64,000 bases of DNA from Longimicrobiales bacterium (GTDB lineage: Bacteria > Gemmatimonadota > Gemmatimonadetes > Longimicrobiales > Gaopeijiaceae): NCBI GenBank assembly GCA_041690395.1, contig JAWLHJ010000002.1, forward strand, positions 260,707 through 324,706, in the 5' to 3' direction. Position numbers and translations under genes: made by a program. Shown piece by piece: positions 55,316-64,000 of this stretch (positions within the stretch are counted from its first letter, which is position 1; each line of letters opens with the position of its first letter). The notes under the pieces were generated by a model. It saw only the letters and a program-made list of their open reading frames with translations. It made no database searches and was not told the DNA's origin.

Positions 55316-55591
55316 TCACACCTCGAAGCGGATCATCTTCCTGTCGAGGTAGCACCAGCCCCACCGCTCACCCGGCTCGAACGACCGGATGATCACGTGC
55401 CCCGTCATGTTGGCGTGGCGGGTCGCGTGCCGGTTGGCGGACGAGTCGCAGCAGCCGACGTGCCCGCACGTCATGCACAGCCGCAGATGGACCCACGAGT
55501 CGCCGCTCTCCAGGCACTCCTGACAGCCTTCCGGAGTGAGGGGCTCGACGTCCTTGACCTGATCCACGTGCTCGCAGCCGAAGGCCTTCAC
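55316..55591 (-). CDS. Stand-alone UBP-type zinc finger protein
   Basis: CEH...GCQECL...WVHLRLCMTCGHVGCCDSS.NRHAT.H...H...SFEPGE.W.WCY; GTG start. Confidence 0.9.
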   Translation of the reverse strand: MKAFGCEHVDQVKDVEPLTPEGCQECLESGDSWVHLRLCMTCGHVGCCDSSANRHATRHANMTGHVIIRSFEPGERWGWCYLDRKMIRFEV

Positions 55592-55625
55592 GAGAGACGC
55601 TCCCGAAGAGGTGTCGTGCGGCCGG

Positions 55626-57740
55626 TCACCGCAGGAACCGGTCGAGGAAGTCCGCGGTCGCGCGGTAGGCGCGGAGCCAGCTGTCGTGCAGGAGGAATCC
55701 GTGCACTTCGTCCGGGAAGACCAGGCTCTCCACGTGCACGCCCCGCTCCCGCAACTCCTCCGCCAGACGCACGCTCTCACTGAACGCGACGTTGCGGTCG
55801 TCGTCACCGTGGATGAGAAGGACCGGAGAACGCCACCGGTCGAGCGTCGCCATCGGCGAGGCTTCGAACGCGCGCTCCGAGAACTCCGGATGCTGTCCTC
55901 GGTCATAGTCGGGCCGGAAGTTCACGATCCCCTGGTTCCAGTCGTGCACGCCGTGAACGTCCACCCCCGCCCTGAACAGGTCCGACGCACGCGACAGTCC
56001 CATGGCCGTAAGATATCCGCCGTACGACCCGCCCCACAGCCCGATCCGGTCCGGGTCCACGTCGGGCCGGCTCGCGAGGTAGAGACCGGCGCCCATCACG
56101 TCACGGAACTCGCTCCCGCCGGTGGCGCCGTAGTCGAGTGCCTCACGGAACTCGAGCCCGTAGCCGATGCCGCTCCGGTAGTTGATGGAGAGTACGACGT
56201 ACCCGCGACTCGCCATGTACTGATTGAAGGCGTAGGCGTTGTGGTAGTAGCCGCGGTCGTGGAAGCCCAGGAGCATCTGACGCCGAGAGCCACCGTGCAG
56301 AAAGACGATCGCCTGATGGCGCTCGCCCGCGGCGCTGGCGGCGGGTCGGAAGAGCTGAGCGTGGATGCGCATCCCGTCGGAGCCCTGGTAGACCACCTGC
56401 TCGGGCTCCACCAGGGCGCTCGACGGGAACCCGCCCGGAACCGGCGGACTCATCGTCGTGCGCGTCCCGTCCGGGAGTCGGAGCGCCTCGGCCCGGCCCG
56501 GGCTCGTCCCTTCGGAGCCCAGGAACGCGACCGCGCTCCCGTCCGCGGTCATGACGGGCTTCCACTCGAGGCCGTCCCCGGGCGTGAGCAGGGTCGGCTG
56601 TCCGCCCGACACCGGCACCCGCCACAGGTGACGCCGATCGATGTCGTCCTCGTTGCTCGAGACGAGCATGGCCGTGCCGTCGGGGCTGAGCGAGACGTAC
56701 TGGACCTCGAAGGCACCGGGCGTGAGGTCGACCGCGGTCCCTCCGCCGGCCGGAACCGCCCAGAGATGGATCCACCCGGTCTTCTCCCACGGGAACACCA
56801 GTCGATCTCCGGCGGCCCAGAACAGCTGCCGGTCCGCGTCGACGCCCTGGAACACGCTTCCGTACCCTCGGTCCGCGCGCCAGACCTCGGCGGCCTCACC
56901 CGTATCGGGATCACCGACCAGGATCGAGAACGGATTCGCTTCCCGGACGGGCTCGAAGGGGAGCTCGCGGTACCGGTTGGGCTGCCGCAGGAAGGCGATC
57001 CGCGAGCCGTCCGGCGACCAGACCGGGCTCCCGTCTCGGTCGATCCCGGGCGACATCCACGTGAGAGTCGAGTCGGCGAGCGTGAAGACGCCCACGAACG
57101 CGTGGTCCCCCCGTCCGCTCACGAAGGCCATGCGCGACCCGTCCGGGGACCAGGTCGGGCTCCCGGCGCCGCGCCGCACGTCGAGAAGCTGACTGGCGTC
57201 CCCCCCGGCGACGGGCACCGTCCAGATCTGACCGCCGCGACCGAACGCCACGAGGTCTCCGCGGGGCGATACGGCCGGCCCGCTCCCCTCGGCGAGACGC
57301 CGGGGGGCGCCACCGGAGACATCCACGACCCAGATGGCGCGCTCGGCGCCGGACGGATCGCTCGTCGGGTTGGGCACGTATCCGTCGCGGTTCGGCGCGC
57401 CCCCGCGCACGTACACGATCCGCTCGCCGTCGGGCGTGAAGTGGAGGCCGGTGAGCTCCTGGCCGTCGTCCTCCGTGTACGACGTGACCGCCCGCCCCTC
57501 GAAGCCCGGACCCTCAGCGACCCATATGTTCCGGACGCCCTCGCGGTTCTCGACCCAGGAGACCCGTGCGCCCACCGGCGCCGCGACCAGCTCCGTCGGT
57601 ACCGAGACGCTCATCACCTGCTCGAGCGTGAACGGGTCCTGGGCGATCGCGGTCGCTGGAGCGAGGAGGAAAGGCAGTGCTGCGAGCGGGGAAAGGGCCT
57701 TCCAGGCGCGGCGGCGGGGGTCGGATGGCGTGCGTGTCAT
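55626..57740 (-). CDS. Secreted S9 family peptidase with TolB-like beta-propeller
   Basis: WSPDG repeats; HGG; GLWGGSYGG (Ser), HGDDD (Asp), VHGF (His). Confidence 0.92.
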   Translation of the reverse strand: MTRTPSDPRRRAWKALSPLAALPFLLAPATAIAQDPFTLEQVMSVSVPTELVAAPVGARVSWVENREGVRNIWVAEGPGFEGRAVTSYTEDDGQELTGLHFTPDGERIVYVRGGAPNRDGYVPNPTSDPSGAERAIWVVDVSGGAPRRLAEGSGPAVSPRGDLVAFGRGGQIWTVPVAGGDASQLLDVRRGAGSPTWSPDGSRMAFVSGRGDHAFVGVFTLADSTLTWMSPGIDRDGSPVWSPDGSRIAFLRQPNRYRELPFEPVREANPFSILVGDPDTGEAAEVWRADRGYGSVFQGVDADRQLFWAAGDRLVFPWEKTGWIHLWAVPAGGGTAVDLTPGAFEVQYVSLSPDGTAMLVSSNEDDIDRRHLWRVPVSGGQPTLLTPGDGLEWKPVMTADGSAVAFLGSEGTSPGRAEALRLPDGTRTTMSPPVPGGFPSSALVEPEQVVYQGSDGMRIHAQLFRPAASAAGERHQAIVFLHGGSRRQMLLGFHDRGYYHNAYAFNQYMASRGYVVLSINYRSGIGYGLEFREALDYGATGGSEFRDVMGAGLYLASRPDVDPDRIGLWGGSYGGYLTAMGLSRASDLFRAGVDVHGVHDWNQGIVNFRPDYDRGQHPEFSERAFEASPMATLDRWRSPVLLIHGDDDRNVAFSESVRLAEELRERGVHVESLVFPDEVHGFLLHDSWLRAYRATADFLDRFLR

Positions 57741-57838
57741 GGCGTGCGTCGGAGCGAGGGGAACGGACGGCCATGATAGGCCGGCATCTCACGCGCAGCC
57801 AGCCACTCCTGCTGAGTGGCCCGGTCCCCCGCCCCGCT

Positions 57839-60523
57839 TCAGTCCGACCGGAGCGGCGTCGCCGGGCTGACCGCGGTGGCGCGCCGCGCGGGAATCCAAC
57901 AGGCTACGAACGCGGCTACCGCGAGTAGCACGACCGACCCCAGCAGTGTAGGCGCGTCGGTCGCCTCCACTCCCCAGAGGAGCGCCTCGAGGGTCCGGGC
58001 GAGCAGTGGCGAGGCGGCGAGCCCGAGGGCGAGCCCCACGGCGATGAGCACACCGGCCTGCCGCGTGATCATCCCGACCACGCTTCCCGGCTCCGCTCCG
58101 AACACCATCCGGATGGCGATCTCGCGCCGGCGCTCGGCCACCACGAACGCCATCAGGCCGAAGACCCCGACCAGGGTGACGATGAGGGCCGTACCGGCGA
58201 AGATCCCCATCAGCGAGAGCGTGAGCCGCCGCGGTGCCAGCGCCTCACCACGGACGGCCTCGAGCGTCCGCACGTCCTCGACCGGAAGCTCCGGGTCGAG
58301 GCGGTGGATGATATCGCTGACGATTCGCGGCGACGGGAGCGACCCCGCCGCACCGCGAAGGACGAGGGTCGTGCCGTAGGAGCCTCCCTGCCTCGCGCTC
58401 GTGTAGACTTCGGCGCCCGCCTCCTGGTCGAGACCGCGGAAGCGCACATCGCCCACCACGCCGACGATCGTGAAGGTGGTCTGCGGGTCGCAGCCCGACG
58501 CGTTGCAGGAGAGGAGCCTCTGGCCAACCGGATCCTCCCCCTCGAACCGACTCTCCGCGAAGGTCTGGTTCACCAGCACGACCCGGGTGCCGCCGCGGAC
58601 GTCCTCGGGTCCGAACAACCGTCCTCCGAGCAGCGGGATCCCGAGCGCCTCGAAGGCGTCGTCGGTCACCACCCGCTGAAAGACCTGGATGTTCTGCCCA
58701 TCGTCGGCCGGCCGTCCCTCGATCTGGACCTGCTGGCTGAACGTGCCTCCTCCTGCCAGCGGGACGAGGTTCACGACGGCAGCGGCCTCGACCCCTGGCG
58801 CTCGTTCGAGCTCACCGAGCACCGTCGACCAGAGCTCGTCCTGAGCCTCCCACGACGAGTAGCGGCCCTGGATGGGGTACGCTACGCGAGCAGTCAGGAC
58901 GTCGGCCGGGTCGAACCCCGCGTCGACGGACTGCAGCGCAACGAAGCTCCGGGTCAGGAGTCCGGCGCCCGTGAGGAGCACGAACGATGCCGCGATCTGG
59001 GCGACGACGAGTGCCGAACGCACCGCCTGGCTCTTACGCGTCGCGCTGCGCACGCCCGCCTCGCGGAGCGCCCTCGCGGGCTCGTGGCTGCGGGCCAGGG
59101 CCGGTAGCACGCCGAAGAGCAGCCCCGTGAGGGTCGCGGCGCCGAGGGTGAAGCCCAGGACCGGCAGATCGATCCCGACCTCGGCCGCGCGCGGCGTGAA
59201 GCGGGCGGCGAACGAGGCGAGTAGCTCGAGGCCTCCCAGCGTGATCAGCAGCCCCACGCCCGCGCCGAGCCCGGCGAGCACGAAGGACTCGGTCGCGAGT
59301 TGGCGGACCAGACGCCCACGCTGCGCCCCGAGCGCGGTGCGGACGGACATCTCCTGCACACGTCGGTCGAGGCGGGTGAGCATGAGGTTGGCCACGTTCG
59401 CGCAGGCGATCAGCAGGACGAACAGCGTAGCCGCCATGAGGACCAGGAGGGTCGGCCGCGCCTCGCGCACGAGCTCCTCCTTCACCATGACCGCCGAGGC
59501 CGTGTAACCGCTCCGATCCGGCCGGTACACGTCCGGGCGGGTGGAGGCGAGCTCGCCGGCGATACCCGCCATCTCCACGGCCACGTCGTCGAGGGTCATG
59601 CCCGAGACCATGCGGCCGGTCACCGTCATCATGCGCGCGTTCGGATTCGTCTCGAACGCCTCGGCCGAGCGGACCGGGCAATGCGACACGGGCATGTACA
59701 CTTCCGGGCCTGCGGGAAAGCGCGCCGCCGGCGGCAGGATGCCGACCACCGTGTGGACCTGGTCGTTCATCTCGAACCGACGGCCCACGACCGACGGGTC
59801 GCGTCCGAACCGCTCGGTCCAGTACTCGTGGCTGAAGACGAGGACCCGCGGGCCGATACCGGCCTCCTCCTCCGGGGTGAAGCCGCGGCCGAGCACGGGC
59901 TCCATCCCCATCGCGGTGAAGTAGTTCCACGAGACGACGCCGGTCTGCACCTCCTCGGGCTCCCCTTCCCCGATGAGGTTGAACGTCATGGCGTGGAACT
60001 CGACGACGGACTCGAGCGTGCGTGAGCGCGTCCGGTACGCCTCGACCTCCTGCACCGAGAAGCTCACCTCGGGAAGATTCTGGCCGGGCGCGCTCTGGAC
60101 CACGTGGACGAGGCGGTCGCCGTCCTCGTTCGGGAGCGGCTGGAGCAGCACCGCGTTCACGAGGCTGAACACGGCCGTGTTCGCCCCGATCCCGACGCCC
60201 AGCGTCACCACGACGAGGGCAGAGAAGCCGGGGCGCTGCCGCACGCTCCGAAAGGCGGTGGAGACGTCGCGGAGCGCGTCTTCGACCCATACGAGGCGTC
60301 GGCGCCCTCGGATGGTCTCCTTCACCTGGTCGACGCCGCCGAACTCGCGGCGGGCCTCCCGGAGCGCGGCCTCCCGATCGAGCCCGCGGCGCATGTGCCC
60401 CTCGGCCGCCATTTCGATGTGGAAGCGCAGCTCGTCATCGAGATCGGCGCGCTCGCGCTTCGGTAGGATAAGGGCGCGTATGCCCCGTCGGAGCGCGCGT
60501 ATCCATGAGATCATCCCGTTCAT
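57839..60523 (-). CDS. Duplicated MacB/FtsX-type ABC permease (ADOP-type orphan permease)
   Basis: DLDDELRFH prefix; TLGVGIGANTAVFS; LLIACANVANL; EMSVRTALGA; second half RRREIAIRM.FGA; IPARRA. Confidence 0.93.
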   Translation of the reverse strand: MNGMISWIRALRRGIRALILPKRERADLDDELRFHIEMAAEGHMRRGLDREAALREARREFGGVDQVKETIRGRRRLVWVEDALRDVSTAFRSVRQRPGFSALVVVTLGVGIGANTAVFSLVNAVLLQPLPNEDGDRLVHVVQSAPGQNLPEVSFSVQEVEAYRTRSRTLESVVEFHAMTFNLIGEGEPEEVQTGVVSWNYFTAMGMEPVLGRGFTPEEEAGIGPRVLVFSHEYWTERFGRDPSVVGRRFEMNDQVHTVVGILPPAARFPAGPEVYMPVSHCPVRSAEAFETNPNARMMTVTGRMVSGMTLDDVAVEMAGIAGELASTRPDVYRPDRSGYTASAVMVKEELVREARPTLLVLMAATLFVLLIACANVANLMLTRLDRRVQEMSVRTALGAQRGRLVRQLATESFVLAGLGAGVGLLITLGGLELLASFAARFTPRAAEVGIDLPVLGFTLGAATLTGLLFGVLPALARSHEPARALREAGVRSATRKSQAVRSALVVAQIAASFVLLTGAGLLTRSFVALQSVDAGFDPADVLTARVAYPIQGRYSSWEAQDELWSTVLGELERAPGVEAAAVVNLVPLAGGGTFSQQVQIEGRPADDGQNIQVFQRVVTDDAFEALGIPLLGGRLFGPEDVRGGTRVVLVNQTFAESRFEGEDPVGQRLLSCNASGCDPQTTFTIVGVVGDVRFRGLDQEAGAEVYTSARQGGSYGTTLVLRGAAGSLPSPRIVSDIIHRLDPELPVEDVRTLEAVRGEALAPRRLTLSLMGIFAGTALIVTLVGVFGLMAFVVAERRREIAIRMVFGAEPGSVVGMITRQAGVLIAVGLALGLAASPLLARTLEALLWGVEATDAPTLLGSVVLLAVAAFVACWIPARRATAVSPATPLRSD

Positions 60524-60533
60524 CGTCCACCCC

Positions 60534-60869
60534 TCACGCCGTGCTGAGAATGGCCTCCACCGCCCCGGTGAAGGCCTTCCACTTCGCGGTCTCTCGCTCC
60601 AGGTACTCGTGGCCCGCCGGCGTCAGCCGATAGAACTTGGCCCGCCGGTTGTTCTCCGAGACGCCCCACTCGGCGTCGAGCAGGCCCTTGTCGCGCAGCC
60701 GGTGGAGCGCCGGATAGAGCGAGCCCTGGTTCAGCCGCAGCAGGTCGTCGGACAGCACCTGGATGCGCTGGGCGATCCCCCACCCGTGCATGGGCTCCGC
60801 GCGGACGGTCCGTAGGATCAGCATGTCCAGCGTGCCCATGAAGACATCCGATGACTCTACGATGGTCAT
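60534..60869 (-). CDS. PadR family transcriptional regulator (acidobacterial type)
   Basis: GTLDMLIL, MHGWGIAQRI, NQGSLYPALHRL, SENNRRAKFYRLT. Confidence 0.95.
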   Translation of the reverse strand: MTIVESSDVFMGTLDMLILRTVRAEPMHGWGIAQRIQVLSDDLLRLNQGSLYPALHRLRDKGLLDAEWGVSENNRRAKFYRLTPAGHEYLERETAKWKAFTGAVEAILSTA

Positions 60870-60909
60870 GCCCTCTCCCGAACGTGCGGTCCGATAGCCG
60901 TCGTGGCCA

Positions 60910-60967
60910 TTTCCCTAGAGTGCCTACAGGAAGGATGCGAGGCGCTCCTGTAGCCTGTCAAGGGGAG
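60910..60967 (-). promoter_or_regulatory. Two related 23-bp imperfect palindromes overlapping a putative padR promoter
   Basis: 60910-60932 and 60945-60967 match at 16/23 positions in inverted orientation; the second contains minus-strand TTGACA (60956-60961). Confidence 0.6.
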
Positions 60968-61050
60968 TGGGCTCGAGACCTTCCTCTTCCGAGGATTTCG
61001 ATACATGCTGACGACGTCGGATCAGATCTCGACTTCAGGTGGGATACCTC

Positions 61051-62103
61051 ATGCTGTTCGATCATCCGGAGTTCGACGCGCACGAGCGCGTGCTCCACGT
61101 CACTGACGCGCCGTCGGGCCTGAAGGCCATCATCGCCATCCACCGGGGACGCGGCGGAATGGCCGCGGGCGGCGTGCGCTTCCGCCCCTACCCCTCCGAG
61201 GCCGACGCGCTCACCGACGTGCTCAGGCTCTCGAAGGCGATGACGTACAAGAACGTGCTGGCCGACCTCCCCCTCGGCGGGGCGAAGAGCGTCATCTTGG
61301 GCGACCCGGCGATGGACAAGAGCGACGAGCTCCTGCGTGCGTTCGGCCGCGTCGTCGAGAGCCTCGGCGGAGCCTACATGTGCGGCCCGGACATCGGCAC
61401 GACCGCCGACGACATGGACGTCATCGCGGAGGAGACCGAGCACGTCGGCGCCACCAACCGGCAGATGGGAAGCTCCGGTCCGCCCACCGCGCTCGGTGTC
61501 TTCCATGGCATACGGGCGGTTGCCGAGCACGTGCTGGGCGACCCGGACCTCACCGGCGTGCACGTCGCCGTTCAGGGCGCGGGCGCGGTCGGGAGCGACC
61601 TGGCGGTCCACCTCGCGAAGGCGGGCGCACGGGTGACCATCGCGGACATCCGCGGCGACGCGGCCCTCGCCGCGAAGGCGCGCGCCGAGGAGGTCCGAGG
61701 GACGGCACGCGTCGACGTGATCACTCCCGAGGAGATCCTCTTCCTCGACGCGGATATTCTCTCGCCCTGCGCCCTCGGCGCGGTGCTGACCCGAGAGACG
61801 ATCCCCCGCCTACGCGTGAAAGGGATCTGCGGGGGAGCCAACAACCAGCTCGCCACCGGAGCCGACGGCGAGCGCCTCCGGGCGCGCGGCATCGCGCTGG
61901 TGCCCGATTTCGTGGCGAGCGCGGGCGGCGTGATCGCGGGGACCGCGGCGGCCGGGCTGTACCCTCGGGACGAGATGCGGGGGAAGCTCGACGGCATCCG
62001 GGACCGGGCGCTCGCGATCCTGCGGCGTGCGGACGCGGAGGGGCGGACCCCGCACGAGGTGGCAGGGGAGATGGCCGAAGAGCTGCTCGTCGCGGGGTCC
62101 TGA
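61051..62103 (+). CDS. Glu/Leu/Phe/Val dehydrogenase (leucine dehydrogenase-like)
   Basis: GGVRF, MTYKN, GGAKSV, GPDIGT, TALGV, VQGAGAVG, PCALG, GGANNQL. Confidence 0.92.
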   Translation: MLFDHPEFDAHERVLHVTDAPSGLKAIIAIHRGRGGMAAGGVRFRPYPSEADALTDVLRLSKAMTYKNVLADLPLGGAKSVILGDPAMDKSDELLRAFGRVVESLGGAYMCGPDIGTTADDMDVIAEETEHVGATNRQMGSSGPPTALGVFHGIRAVAEHVLGDPDLTGVHVAVQGAGAVGSDLAVHLAKAGARVTIADIRGDAALAAKARAEEVRGTARVDVITPEEILFLDADILSPCALGAVLTRETIPRLRVKGICGGANNQLATGADGERLRARGIALVPDFVASAGGVIAGTAAAGLYPRDEMRGKLDGIRDRALAILRRADAEGRTPHEVAGEMAEELLVAGS

Positions 62104-62123
62104 ACGCGCGCGGCTCGCTCGGG

Positions 62124-62828
62124 TTACCGTCGGCGCGCGTCCCTGAGGTCTTCCCGCAGCTCGTCCGTGATCACCCTGCCGGAAAAGTCCGCGAGCGACT
62201 CCAGGGCCGAGACGATCTCTTCGACCGTCAGATCCGAGAGCGTCGCCGCGGTGACCACGTCCCTCACGGCTCGGCCCGGACCGAAGACGGCCGACCCGAT
62301 CCGCTCGGTGGCATCGATCTCCTTCCGCCAGATCTCCTCGCCGGTGGGGGCGTAGAGTAAGGTCGCGTCAGCCTCGATGTAGAAGTGGGCGGCCGCGTTC
62401 CAGCTCTCGGCGTCGATGCCGTACTCGACCACGATGAGCTCGAGCAGGAAATCCGGCTCCTCGTCGCGACCGACCGCGTGGGCACCGAGGTACCGCGCCA
62501 CCCGCTCGAGCGTGTTGCCCTCGAGCACGTGGCCGACGTCGATCCGCGTCGCGGCCGACTCGAGACGCTCCCGCAGCCGTCGGGACTCGACCTCCCGGTA
62601 GACCCGGGCGCCGGCGCGCAGCACATCGCGGACCGGGTCACCCGTGATGCCGCCCACGAAGTACGGCCCGGTGAGCACGTCGGCCCGCCTCGGGATCTCC
62701 GAAACGACGCTGACGGTCCGGTCGCGGAAGTCGTACTCGCCGAGCCGGTGTGAAGGGCCGCAGGCGACCGTCCCCAGGAGGGCGGACAGCGTGACGGCAT
62801 GCAGCAGGGCACGGGTATGGGGTCGCAT
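62124..62828 (-). CDS. Hypothetical lipoprotein
   Basis: MRPHTRALLHAVTLSALLGTVAC lipobox-like N-terminus; no recognisable domain. Confidence 0.7.
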   Translation of the reverse strand: MRPHTRALLHAVTLSALLGTVACGPSHRLGEYDFRDRTVSVVSEIPRRADVLTGPYFVGGITGDPVRDVLRAGARVYREVESRRLRERLESAATRIDVGHVLEGNTLERVARYLGAHAVGRDEEPDFLLELIVVEYGIDAESWNAAAHFYIEADATLLYAPTGEEIWRKEIDATERIGSAVFGPGRAVRDVVTAATLSDLTVEEIVSALESLADFSGRVITDELREDLRDARRR

Positions 62829-62991
62829 CGCTCGCTCGTAGGCCGGGGCAGATCGAGGAAAAGGGCTTCTCGGGACGGATGGATTACCCGCCGCGGCAAC
62901 GACGGTTGCCCCGGCGCCCCCTCCCGCTCGGGCGCTCGAATGCCGAGCTTCATTCATGGCCAACTCGACTCGCACGCCCCCGACCCGCACC

Positions 62992-63756
62992 ATGTCTCGC
63001 GCCCTCGCGTCGAGCGCCCTCACCCTGGCGCTCGTCCTGTTTCCTTGGCCCTCCGGCGTTGAAGCTCAGACTTCGCCCACCTGGCGGTTCGAGCTCGAAG
63101 GCGGCCCGGTCTGGCAGAGCTACAACGACGTCGAGATCCCCAACGACGGCACGGCCACCCGCTTCTCGCTCCGCGACCTGGCCGGCTCGGGCCCGTGGGC
63201 CGCGGGACGACTCTACGTCACCTGGAACGCGAGCGGGCGGCACAGCCTTCGCGCCCTCGCCGCACCGCTCACCATTCGGGCGACCGGCGTGCCGGCCACC
63301 CCCGTCGATTTCGAGGGAGAGCGCTACGCCGCCGGCCAGCCGACCGAGGCGACCTACACCTTCGATTCGTACCGGCTGAGCTACCGGTACCGGTTCCACG
63401 AGGGAGACGCTACGACGGCGTGGGTGGGCTTCACCGCCAAGATCCGCGACGCGGTCACAGGGCTCGAACAGGGGCCGGTGTCGAGCCGGAAGACGAACGT
63501 CGGCTTCGTGCCGCTGCTCCACCTCGCGGGAGATTGGCGAATCGCTCCGCGGTGGACGGCGAGCCTCGACATCGACGCGCTGGCGGGCGGACCGGGACGG
63601 GCGGAGGACGCCGCGCTCGAGCTCGGCTACGACGTGAGCGACGCATGGACGCTGCAGGCGGGGTACCGCATGGTCGAAGGGGGCGCCGACGTGGACGAGG
63701 TCTATGCGTTCGCCTGGCTCCATTACGGCATCGTGTCGGTGGTCTGGCGGCCGTAG
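62992..63756 (+). CDS. Putative outer membrane beta-barrel protein
   Basis: Signal peptide; alternating aromatic/hydrophobic strands (YRLSYRYRF, LQAGYR, GIVSVVW); start could be 62956. Confidence 0.72.
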   Translation: MSRALASSALTLALVLFPWPSGVEAQTSPTWRFELEGGPVWQSYNDVEIPNDGTATRFSLRDLAGSGPWAAGRLYVTWNASGRHSLRALAAPLTIRATGVPATPVDFEGERYAAGQPTEATYTFDSYRLSYRYRFHEGDATTAWVGFTAKIRDAVTGLEQGPVSSRKTNVGFVPLLHLAGDWRIAPRWTASLDIDALAGGPGRAEDAALELGYDVSDAWTLQAGYRMVEGGADVDEVYAFAWLHYGIVSVVWRP

Positions 63757-63830
63757 CCGCGCGCGCTTTTGACAACCGGCCCCGGACGCCGGACTATGGT
63801 GACGACCCCTGACCACTCCAGAGGGACACG

Positions 63831-64000
63831 ATGTCATCGAAGAAAGATCTGCGCCGTAAGCGTCGGGAGCAGGAACGCGAGGCGAAGCAGTCGCGTGGGA
63901 GTCTCAACCCTGCCTGGAAGTTCATCATCGGCATCGCGCTGACCCTGGCGCTCATCGCCGGGGGATACATGGTCCTGGGCGGGGGAGGCGGCCCGGGTGA
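63831..64000 (+). CDS. Hypothetical membrane-anchored protein, 3' end outside the window
   Basis: GAGGG RBS; MSSKKDLRRKRREQERE followed by one TM segment; TTGACA at 63769 upstream. Confidence 0.6.
   Translation, partial: MSSKKDLRRKRREQEREAKQSRGSLNPAWKFIIGIALTLALIAGGYMVLGGGGGPG

Overview
This is a GC-rich, densely coding bacterial chromosomal window with about 44 CDSs. I found no rRNA, tRNA, CRISPR array, phage gene or transposase. The mix of SusC/SusD-like pairs, a PadR + duplicated orphan permease pair, a DUF1592/DUF1552/ankyrin trio and many secreted hydrolases suggests a Gemmatimonadota-like organism (inference only). Main blocks: (1) amino-acid catabolism genes (ureohydrolase, Ser/Thr dehydratase, aminotransferase, YjiH transporter, proline dehydrogenase, P5C dehydrogenase, ornithine cyclodeaminase family, Leu/Phe/Val dehydrogenase). 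(2) An uncharacterised exported c-type-heme/Tat/ankyrin operon. (3) Two SusC/SusD-like uptake pairs surrounded mostly by exported amide/peptide hydrolases, several with non-canonical active-site motifs. (4) A tandem CPA2 antiporter pair. (5) A STAND-LuxR regulator next to a small orphan gene preceded by helically phased CTACGT boxes. Non-coding structure includes a 305-bp multi-hairpin element with 32-bp terminal inverted repeats, a REP-like hairpin cluster and paired operator-like boxes upstream of padR. All product calls come from motif recognition by eye, and several start codons were moved downstream of the ORF-track starts.
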